Below the pieces are notes generated by a model that did not search any database, was not told the origin of the DNA, and saw only the letters and a program-made list of their open reading frames with translations. Both the position numbers and the translations under genes were made by a program. This document shows, piece by piece, positions 1 to 10,038 of a DNA stretch of 64,000 nucleotides. The stretch lies in contig NW_027362762.1 in NCBI RefSeq assembly GCF_046119375.1, positions 928,388,001 to 928,452,000 on the forward strand. Direction: 5' to 3'. How positions within the stretch are numbered: position 1 is the first letter of the stretch; every line of letters begins with the position of its first letter. This stretch comes from Phyllobates terribilis (lineage: Eukaryota).

Positions 1-402
1 GAACCTCATCCGGAGGTCTGCCTCAGTAAGATCCTCAAAGACAGCCTGTAACTTTTGGAAGATTGCGGACACTGACTCCTGGTCTGCGGCCGACCATGTT
101 TCCACTTCCCGTTCCGCAGCACCGGTCGGTTGTCCTAATACAACAGCAGCTCTTTGTTTGCCTGTCATGGAGTACATGTCCAAGATACCACATATCTTCC
201 GTTTGAATCCAGACAGGGTATCTGGTTTGCCGTTGTACTGGGGGAGCCACTTTGCTCCAGGAATGTACGGTAGAGTTATAGGAATGACAGGGGTTACAGG
301 CGCTGCTGGTGGAGCGGCCGCCTCGGTCTGCCCGGCGTCGGTCGCTGGTTGTACTTCAGGGACGTTGGCCGGTACTCCGGTGTTGTGCTGTTAGTCGGAC
401 AT
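1..402 (-). pseudogene. Gag N-terminus with an in-frame stop at codon 4
   Basis: Manual translation gives ATG(402) TCC GAC TAA, then ...ITLPYIPGAKWLPQYNGKPDTLSGFKRKI..., matching MPYIPGAAWLPQYSGESHTLSDFKERL of the gag at 31446. Confidence 0.85.
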
Positions 403-765
403 TCTGGCGCCCCCCTAGCTAACCGTGGCCTACCTTCTAGTTTTTCTTCCGGTAGGCCACAGCTCCGCAGGTGACGGTCGTCTTCAGGACCTTGCGTCGC
501 TTGCGTCCTACGCCAGAGAGTTCAGCGACGCTCCTTACAGGGCCTGGCGTTTCCCAGTTTGACGTCGAGGCATGGAGCGTGTCCGGGGCTTTGCGCTCTT
601 TTGCAGGTACGCCCCTCAGTTTCCCACGGTTACACCCTTCTTCTCGCTCGGCGGCCCAGCAATGGCGGCAACCTTCACCACAGTCAATATACAGTTCACT
701 TCAATAAAGGCGCACAGTACCCGGTGGCAACGGGCATAACACTGCGTCGTTGCAGCGGGCACGGG

Positions 766-783
766 ATCCTGTTCGTGACGCCA
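766..783 (-). promoter_or_regulatory. Primer binding site, tRNA-Ser(CGA)-type
   Basis: Plus strand ATCCTGTTCGTGACGCCA matches the 18-nt 3' end (with CCA) of a vertebrate tRNA-Ser-CGA isodecoder as recalled; lies 9 nt from the LTR edge. Confidence 0.85.
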
Positions 784-792
784 GGAAAGAGA

Positions 793-2598
793 TGACTAGC
801 CCAGGGGATGGGGATGACTCGGAACCCGGGCCTTTGCGTGGCCTTTGGGGATGTCGCGGTGGTCGGCTCCCGGGCCCGTACCCTGGGTTCACTCTTTAAA
901 AAAAGGGGAATAATAGATTTCTTGGTTTTATGACAGTTCGTGATGCCACCTGTGGCTTCTGGTGAAAATCACCAGCGCTGCGCAGTCCACTGAGGCCGGT
1001 GATATGGCAGCTCGATGGTATAGCTCCCCACAGGTGAGCTAGGCCTCAGGGCAGCGTACGGAATGGGGAATGCAGGACAGGCGAGAGCCAGCCGGGTCAG
1101 AGCAAGAACAGGGACAGACACGATAGTCACTTCAGTACCTTTTACTGATGGAAATTCAGGCACGTCCCGGAGCACTGTAGGGTGAAGGGTGCATGACAGG
1201 ATCCTCCCCAATGAGCGGGTGTATGGCCTCCTGTTACTTGCCTCTGCGTAGTAAGGTTCTGAACTGCCTGGAGCTAGGCCTAACTTTGTCTCTGTCCTGC
1301 GCTGGCTGACCTTGTGGTAGGGCCTTTTCTTGGAATACACGTACCTCAGCTTAAGGGGCCTATGTGTCTCCCGGCTCTGTTACGTATCAGCACTTTAGCG
1401 TTCCTGGGACTTGTAGTTCTCCAGGGATTCCGGTTATGCCTTACTGGGGTGAGCTAGTTAAGCTCCTCTGTCCCCTATGTACTAACTATCCACTCGCCTT
1501 CGGCCTACTCGGGCCCTCACTAGGCTATACACACTAACGGCAGCTTGCCGCGCTTCACCGATCTTATGGCGCCGGCACACCTTAAGCTCTAACTGAGCTA
1601 CAACTCAACTGAGCTCGACTCTGCATTCAGATGTATACTCGCTGAACTCTCCAGAGGAACTGCTGAATCACTGAGCTCCACTGCAGACTGACCTCTCTTT
1701 GGCTCATCTTCTGCAGGAACTCTCTCAACCGACTTGGCTCTACGTCGACTCCAGACTGAACTGCCTGGCTCCACCTTCCCTTTTTATATCCCTAACGGGC
1801 TCCCTTTGCTGGTCTGAGGTGGAAGGTGGAGATGTGTGAATGTTTATGGGGGCCTCTTGTGGAGGAATCCATCAATGCACACTTCTAGGATCTGTGATAC
1901 CAAGCGCAGCTGGGCGTCACAGATACAGGTGGCGACTCCGCTCCATCCGTATCCCCCTGGGATCCACTAAGCCTCCGGGCTTTTCTGACTGAGACGTGAA
2001 GTGACAAAGTCAGATATCGGGGGCCGGTTACCCGTCTTGCAGCAGGAATCCCTCTGGCTAGGCCAGAGTGAAGAATACAGGTGGCGACTCTGCTCCGTCC
2101 GTATTCCCTGGGATCCTTTTGCCTGTGGAGCCTATCTCCTCTGCTCCCCTCCAAGGCCTTCTTAGAACAGGACCCTGACCAGGTAGAGACACTGGTTAAC
2201 TCTGACCCGCTCCTCGTCTCAAGGCCAGAGTACGAGGACCGCAAATCTTCAGCCAGATGCAGACTCTTGCTGGACCCTGACAGAAGACCCGCAATCAAAG
2301 ACCTTGAACTTAAGATGGGCGTAAATTATATATGATACTGTATGTGCTCCCTGTAAGTGGTTCCTCCACCCTCACCCACTACCTGGTTCCCCCTATCTTT
2401 GGTTCCCCCCATCTCCTTTATCCCGGACCGGGGCAGCACCCTGGTGCATTTCGACCCCCTACAGGACAGGAGTGGTGTAGTGTTGAGTGGTGAAGTGGGG
2501 TCCTGAGTGATGCTCCATCCTTACCTGGGAGAGGAGATACCACACCTCTAACTGAGGTGCAGTACCCCTGTGGCGAATGAACCCTCAGGGGCGCCACA
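793..2598 (-). repeat. 5' LTR of element 1 (~1.8 kb)
   Basis: TG...CA ends (TGACTAGC...GGGGCGCCACA); TATA-like GATATAAAA near 1782-1790 and AGTAAA at 1141-1146 on the minus strand; ~40-bp duplicated U3 block at ~1925-1965 and ~2078-2117. Confidence 0.75.
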
Positions 2599-4107
2599 CA
2601 TATATTTTAATAGAACAGGGGTTCTCTTCCTCAAAATAAAAATAAAAACATCCCTTTAACTGCTACCAATGAGTTAATAATATTTGTGACCTGGACTCTC
2701 CCACAAAAAAAATAATTTTCAAGGGGCACTCCATATCTACTGAAAGAGATATGTTCTGCACAGAGTGCACAGACACAGAATTGCAGAGTTTGGAAAGTAA
2801 AGAGGTGAGTGCGCCGCACCTTGTGTCAATAAATTTTTCCAGTTCAGTTGAGTCCATTACACTGTCGCTCTCTTCTTATACGTGGGCAGGTTGTTTTGGA
2901 AATCGATTGTCATTCCATATTAGTCTGAGTTATTTTATCACTTGTGGCAGCTCGATAACAAATCTACGCTCTTTCATTGTGCTAGTGGTATCAACAATGC
3001 CCAGAGGGGTTCAGCTTAATATAGCGTGCTAAATGGTAATGGAAAATTAACAAGCTCTTCCATGCATGGAGGAAGGTGTAGTAAGGGCAATGTGCTTGTC
3101 CAAGGACATTGGAAATCATTACAGAGACATGGCTGCCAAACTGGCACATTATATAATTTTGTTGTGTACTATATTTGTACAGGGCCGGGAAAACTTATGT
3201 TGGTGGCCTAGGTAAATGAGGCCAATAGCGCCCCTTCCCTCCTAGCAAAAGGATGGGTCAGAAAGTAAGGTGACAGGACCCCTAATGCATCACCCCCTCT
3301 CCGATGGGTCAGGTAACAAGCTCTGACGACCACTTCCACTAGAATTGCAACCGTTTTCACCAAAAAATACACGCAAAAGTTAAAAAAATCGGTTTACTTT
3401 AGGAGTGAGGCTTGAAAGGAGGTAAATTTCGCAGTTAGATGTAGAATTACTCATTGTTTGTGGATCTTTTTTCCCACGATACCAGGGACAAATAGCGATA
3501 TTCATCCCTAATGTAGAAGGAAAAAATTTGAAAATCCGCGCTGCTGGTGAATGAAGGCAATTTTTTTTCCTTCTGCATTATCTAACTTGGTCTCTGGACC
3601 TGTGGACCTTCTGCAGCTGGGATTACACACTTTTCTAATGTTGTGTGATCACAATTTAATCAGGTTAGTGTAACCTTTATTCATAGAATAGACCCATCAT
3701 CACTACATGAATATACCACCAGAAACATCTTCACTACATGAATACTTCAACAGAACTGCCACCTGTACACGAATACAGCATGAGATCTACTATCAGTACA
3801 GGAACATGACACCAAAACCACTATCACTTTTTTTGCAAGCTGTATTAGTCGCATGAAAAACACAAACACCATCAGACTTATCCCTTTAACTATAAAGTGG
3901 TCTGGTTGGTTTCCATTAGGGTATCTATCAAATGCTGGACACCTTGACTGAAACCAAATGGGCCCCCATTATATTTCAGCTATATTAGCTTACATGACCC
4001 TCCTTGGGTTGGACATAAAATATAGTATGGGATGAATATCCTAAGGAAGTAATTAAAAGCACAATAGGGTTTTATCCGGTTTAAAATCGATTCAATGAAA
4101 AAAATTT

Positions 4108-4911
4108 GGGCGCCAAATTTAAATATCGGCCGCGACCAATCACCGATCTTGGCTCCACATTTAAACACCGCTGTGCTCATTGGTCGCCGACGCTGGGCGC
4201 GACCAATCACCGATTTTGGCGCCACATTTAAATAGCGTCCGCGACCAATCAGTACAGCGGTGTTTAAATGTGGAGCCAAGATCGGTGATTGGTCGCGGCA
4301 GATATTTAAATTTGGCGCCAAAATCGGTGATTGGTCGTGGGCAGCGCCAGCGACCAATCAGCGATTTTTAACACAAATGTCCGGACCTTTGTAACACCAT
4401 GCTGATACTATGGGGACATCAGCGGCTAGGGTGTGAAGGGAGGACCGGGGAGCGGCGCTGCGGGTCGGGATACTTCTGCTGCGAGCGCCCGCTCATGTCC
4501 CTGGTTCTCGCAGCGGAAGTATCCGCACAGACAGCGCCGCTCCCCGGTCCTCCCTTCACACCCTAGCCGCTGATGTCCCCACAGTATCCGCATGGTGTTA
4601 CAAAGGTCCGGACATTTGTGTTAAAAATCGCTGATGGGTCGCTGGCGCTGCCCGCGACCAATCACCAATTTGAGCGCCAAATTTAAATATCGGACGCGAC
4701 CAATCACCGATCTTGGCTCCAGATTTAAACACCGCTGTGCTGATTGGTCGCGGCCGATATTTAAATTTGGCGCCCAAATCGGTGATTGGTCGCGGGCAGC
4801 GCCAGCGACCCATCAGCGATTTTTAACACAAATGTCGGACCAATAAGCGACGCGGGATTTCCTGGACAGACAGACAGACAGACAGACGGGATAAGACAAT
4901 TATATAGTAGA
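4108..4911 (-). mobile_element. 3'-truncated non-autonomous Helitron with a large internal palindrome
   Basis: 5' end A|TCTACTATATAA at 4911 followed by (GTCT)n, as in the copies at 8125 and 19631; CCAAT satellite units present; no CTAG 3' end found; left boundary approximate. Confidence 0.75.
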
Positions 4912-5009
4912 TAAATACAGCACTAGAACCACCATCAGTACTTGGCAACAAGAACAAAGCTTAGTACAGAAATCAATTGCAATTTCAGGTTAGCGCTATA
5001 TACATTTGT

Positions 5010-6096
5010 AACGCATGTACCTATAACTCTCAGTATGTCCTTAACAATGGTAATGTGATGCTGGGAGTTGTTGTTACCAGCAATTATCAGACTATGGACC
5101 ATACACAGATAAACATTTACATCCAGGTACCTTACAGCTGATGTGTTGTCTCATTGGAGTCATTTTTAACCCTTTCATCTCCATCTCGTCCAGATGCCAT
5201 GATGACTTTTCATAGCCTGACCAGGCCCTCATCCCTAGCAAGTACTCCCGTTGGGGCCTATATAATTATCACCAGTAAAGACCCTGGGACTGCACTATCT
5301 TGTCTCTGTGTTCCTTGCAGTGCCAGCACTCACAGCACTAGAACGCCCTGCACAATCACCACCATCATCCAGTCACGCTGCCCTGAAGCTACACTCCTCC
5401 TGTGGGGAGTCACATCACCTTGCTGCACATACCATCAGCTTCAGCAGACTGCTCCGCACCGGCGGTTACCAATAACCGCAATCCACAGGTGGCTTAGTTG
5501 GACTATATATAACAGAGACAAATAGACTACCCTGGTTTGACCACCCTGGGTCACGGACCGGGTCGCCGCCACGGTGACTACAACCTCCAGCATCTACAGG
5601 CCCGGCTCCGGGTGCCCCCTACGGCCCAGGGGGCGCGTCACTAACTTTTCTCTAAACCATGTCCCAAGTTCACGCTGTCCTCTCTCCATATCCATACTGT
5701 GCCCCTTCTTCACACTATGCCCTGATACTGCCCATCATGCTTCCATCTCCAAACTGTGTCCCTTCCTCACATTGCCCCCCCCCACCACACACACACTATG
5801 ATGGTCACCAAAGCCCTCCACACAGTATTATATCCACCATGGCCCCCATACACAGTATAAAGTCCACCACAGCCCCCATATACAACGCATGTACCTACTG
5901 TATAACTCTCAGTATGTCCTTAACAATGGTAATGTGATGCTGGGAGTTGTTGTTATCAGCAATTATCAGACTATGGACCATACACAGATAAACATTTACA
6001 TCCAGGTACCTTACAGCTGATGTGTTGTCTCATTGGAGTCATTTTTAACCCTTTCATCTCCATCTCGTCCAGATGCCATGATGACTTTTCATAGCC
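5010..6096. repeat. Local duplication: A(5010-5217), B(5217-5885), A'(5884-6096), where B copies 6918-7586
   Basis: Direct sequence identity at an offset of 1701 bp (B) and ~875 bp (A), with a few substitutions and one 5-bp indel. Confidence 0.9.
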
Positions 6097-6340
6097 ACAG
6101 CTCGTCTCTATAAACTTCCCTCTTCTTCGGCCTTCTGTAACACAGTGCACTTAAAAATAAGAGTGTTATTATAATTCCCTATGCATAAAAATATCTGTCC
6201 ATATTGTGCCCTAAATAAGCCTCTTATGTTATATGGCCTCCACATTGTCTTTATGAATCATGGACTATACCGTGGCTGTCTCCTCTCCACTACTTTCCCT
6301 TTCACTCTCTATATCTCCATACTGTCCCCTGCCATGCTAA

Positions 6341-7341
6341 TGTGGCACTCCAGGGGGTCTGGTTGCCACAGTGGTAGTAATACCATGTCTGGGAGCAAAA
6401 CAGGAGTTTCCTGGTCAGGGAACACACTATATGCAACACCTCCTGCTCCAGACCAGAAAAGGGGAGGATCCTGCCCTATATAACAGGATCTGGAGGCGGG
6501 GTTAGTCAGTTTAGTCAGAAACAGGGCTGTAGTCCAGTTGAGGACACTAAGGAGCAAGGAGCTGAGGACTGGAACTTGAAGAGCTCATCCTAGCCGGAGT
6601 AGATACAGAGAACCGGACACCGGAGTCCGAGGCTGTGGGACCCTTCAAGCCCAGCAGCAGATACCGCAAGGCAGGAGATTGCAGGTCTCCTGGCCTACAG
6701 AAGCCCGGAGGCTCAGCCACACGAAAGGACCAGTACCGCCACAGAGGAGCGAGGAATACACGGGATCCGAGTCGCCAGCCATACGGGTGAGCACAGCACG
6801 TCACACTCAGGGACGTGGGCTACAACACGACTATAAGCGGGATAGCCAAAAGAGTACAGTCAGAACGGCAGGCCTACAACTTCACCTGGCCAGGGGAATT
6901 CTAGGATTGCTCCCAGACTGACCAGGCCCTCATCCCTAGCAAGTACTCCCGTTGGGGCCTATATAATTATCACCAGTAAAGACCCTGGGACTGCACTATC
7001 TTGTCTCTGTGTTCCTTGCAGTGCCAGCACTCACAGCACTAGAACGCCCTGCACAATCACCACCATCATCCAGTCACGCTGCCCTGAAGCTACACTCCTC
7101 CTGTGGGGAGTCACATCACCTTGCTGCACATACCATCAGCTTCAGCAGACTGCTCCGCACCGGCGGTTACAAATAACCGCAATCCACAGGTGGCTTAGTT
7201 GGACTATATATAACAGAGACAAATAGACTACCCTGGTTTGACCACCCTGGGTCACGGACCGGGTCGCCGCCACGGTGACTACAACCTCCAGCATCTACAG
7301 GCCCGGCTCCGGGTGCCCCCTACGGCCCAGGGGGCGCGTCA
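6341..7341 (+). mobile_element. Solo Gypsy LTR (1001 bp)
   Basis: TGTGGCAC...GCGCGTCA with 4-bp TSD CTAA (6337-6340 and 7342-7345); TATATAA at 6477-6483; AGTAAA at 6975-6980; homologous to LTR 24861-25870. Confidence 0.93.
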
Positions 7342-7479
7342 CTAACTTTTCTCCAAACCATGTCCCAAGTTCACGCTGTCCTCTCTCCATATCCATACTG
7401 TGCCCCTTCTTCACACTATGCCCTGATACTGCTCATCATGCTTCCATCTCCAAACTGTGTCCCTTCCTCACATTGCCCC

Positions 7480-8075
7480 CCCCCACCGCACACACACTAT
7501 GATGGTCACCAAAGCCCTCCACACAGTATTATATCCACCATGGCCCCCATACACAGTATAAAGTCCACCACAGCCCCCATATACAATATGAGGCCACCAC
7601 AGCCCCCCATGCAGTTATAGTAGCCTCCATACAGTATGATGTCCCCCACAGCCCTTTATACACATATATTATATACCCCACAGCATACACTATGATTGCC
7701 TCCATAGTTGCCCATACATAGTATGATGGCCATCACAGCCCATATAAAGTATGAAGCCCACCACAACCTCTTCATAAAGTATGATGGCCCCCATAGCCCT
7801 CTATACACAGTAAAATGTCCCCCATAGCCCCAAAAACAGTATGATGTTCTCCACAGTCCCCCATATACATTATAATGTTCCCCATAGTGTCCCACACAGT
7901 GTTTTGGGCCCTCACGACTGTCACACAGTAAAATGTCTCCTAAAGTCCTATACACAGTATGATGGACACCACAGCCCTTCACACAGTATAATGTCCACTA
8001 AAGACCCCCATACAGTATGATGTTCCCCACAGCCTCCTATATACAGTATAATGTCCCCCTCAGCCCTCTATATAC
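7480..8075. repeat. Degenerate minisatellite (CACAGTATGATG...CCCC units, ~20/40-bp period)
   Basis: Repeated cacagtat(g/a)at..cc.cca units; related tracts occur inverted at ~52270-52500 and ~54030-54220. Confidence 0.75.
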
Positions 8076-8124
8076 AGTTTGATACCCAATCATCCAACTC
8101 CCAGGCCAAATAATATAAAAAATA

Positions 8125-10032
8125 TCTACTATATAATCGTCTTATCCCGTCTGTCTGTCTGTCCTGGAAATCCCGCGTCGCTCATTGGTCCGGCAGCGGC
8201 CAATCAGCGCCGCGGGATTTCTGAAAAAAGATGGCGGCCGTTAGCGGCTCATTTGGCGGACGGAGGTCAGCGGGGAGATGAGTGGCGCTAGCAGCACAAC
8301 TACCCCGACCGGCGCTGCCTGTGCGGCTCCTTCTGCTGCGAGAAGCCGGGAGATGAGCGGCTGCTCGCAGCACAACTACCCCGACCTCCATGCGGCTAAC
8401 GTCGGAAGATCAGCGGCTTGGCCCGCTGATCTCCCGACAGCAGTGTGAACGGAGGACCGGGGAGCGGCGCCGCCAGTCGGGATGCTTCTGCTGCGAGCAG
8501 CAGCTCATCTCCCGGCTTCTCGCAGCAGAAGGAGCCGCACAGGCAGCTCCGCTCCCCGGTCCTCACTAATAAGGAGCCGCACAAGCAGCGCCGCTCCCGG
8601 GCCCACACTAATACGACGCTGATTGGTCGCGGTGGCCGGCCGCGACCAATCAGCGAGATGGGCGGCAAATTTAAACGCCGCTCTGCTGATTGGTCGCTGT
8701 GGCCAGCCGACCGTGACCAATCAGCGAGATGGGCGGCAAATTTAAACGCCGCTCTGCTGATTGGTCGCGGTGGCCGGCCGCAACCAATCAGCGAGATGAG
8801 CGGCAAATTTAAACACCGCTCTGCTGATTGGTCGCGGTGGCCGGCCGTGACCAATCAGCGAGATGGGCGGCAAATTTAAACGACGCTCTGCTGATTGGTC
8901 GCGGTGGCCGGCCGTGACCAATCAGCGAGATGGGCGGCAAATTTAAACGCCGCTCTGCTGATTGGTCGCGGTGGCCGGCTACCGCGACCAATCAGCGAGA
9001 TGGGCGGCAAATTTAAACGCCGCTCTGCTGATTGGTCACAGCCGGCCACCGCGACCAATGATCGAGATGGGCGGCAAATTTAAACGCCGCTCTGCTGATT
9101 CATCGCGGCCGGCAATCGCGACCAATCAGCGATATCGGCGGCAAATTTAAACGCCGCTCTGCTGATTGGTCGCGGTGGCCGGCCGAGACCAATCAGCGAG
9201 ATGGGCGGCAAATCTAAACGCCGCTCTGCTGATTGGTCGCAGTGGCCGGCCGCGACCAATCAGCGAGATGGGCGGCTAATCTAAACGCCGCTCTACTGAT
9301 TGGTCGCGGCCGCTGGCCGACCGCGACCAATCATCGAGATTGGCGCCAAATGTAAACACCGCTGTGCTGATTGGTCGCGGCCGTCAGCCGCGACCAATCA
9401 TCGATATGGGCGGCAAATTTAAACCCCGCTCTGCTGACTGGTTGCAGTGGCCGGCCGCGACCAATCAGCGATTTTGGTGCCAATTTGAAACACCGCTCTG
9501 CTGATTGGTCGCAACCACCGGCCGTGACCAATCAGCGATATTGGCGCCAAATTTAAACACCGCTCTGCTGATTAGTCGCGGTCTCCGGCCGCGACCAATC
9601 AGCAATATTGGCGCCAAATTTAAACCTCGCTCTGCTGATTAGTCGCAACCACCGGCCGTGACCAATCAGCGATATTGGCGCCAAATTTAAACACCGCTCT
9701 GCTCATTGGTCGCGGTTACCGGTCACGAATAACCAGCATTATTGGCGACAAATTTAAACACCGCTCTGCTGATTAGTCGCGGCCGTGACCAATCACCATT
9801 ATTGGCGCCAAATTGAAATAAAGCTCTGCTGATTGGTCGCGACCGCCGGCCGCAACCAATCAGCATTATTGCCGCCAAATTTAAACCCCGCTCCGCTGAT
9901 TGGTCGCGTTCGCTGGCCGCGACCAATCAGCATTATTGGCGCCAAATTTAAACTCCGCTCTGCTGATTGCGCCCGGTCGGCCGCATACCTATTCTAGAAT
10001 ACCCGATGCATTAGAATCGGGCCACCATCTAG
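8125..10032 (+). mobile_element. Non-autonomous Helitron (1908 bp)
   Basis: A|TC 5' end; 3' hairpin CCCGAT-8 nt-ATCGGG (10002-10021) then CTAG|T; no TSD; (GTCT)n near the 5' end. Confidence 0.9.
8618..9970. repeat. 67-bp palindromic satellite array inside the Helitron (~20 units)
   Basis: Unit CGCGACCAATCAGC-gagatgggcggcaaatttaaacgccgctct-GCTGATTGGTCGCG-gtggccggc, with a 14-bp internal inverted repeat. Confidence 0.95.
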
Positions 10033-10038
10033 TATATA

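Larger units (their letters stand above)
1..2598 (-). mobile_element. Gypsy LTR retrotransposon 1, 5' part (5' LTR, PBS, leader, start of gag; continues beyond the window's left edge)
   Basis: LTR ~793-2598 has termini homologous to the other LTRs in the window; tRNA-Ser PBS at 766-783; gag homologous to 30379-31446. Confidence 0.9.

Noticed and set aside
8396-9926. Many 60-150 aa ORFs of the MVAVAGRDQSA... type (also 3980-4846 and 17342-19412)
   Set aside because: They are translations of the 67-bp satellite, starting at non-ATG codons; no coding evidence.
8618-9970. CRISPR-like look of the regularly spaced palindromic repeats (also 17210-19210)
   Set aside because: The loops are copies of each other, not unique spacers; no cas genes; vertebrate DNA inside Helitron termini.
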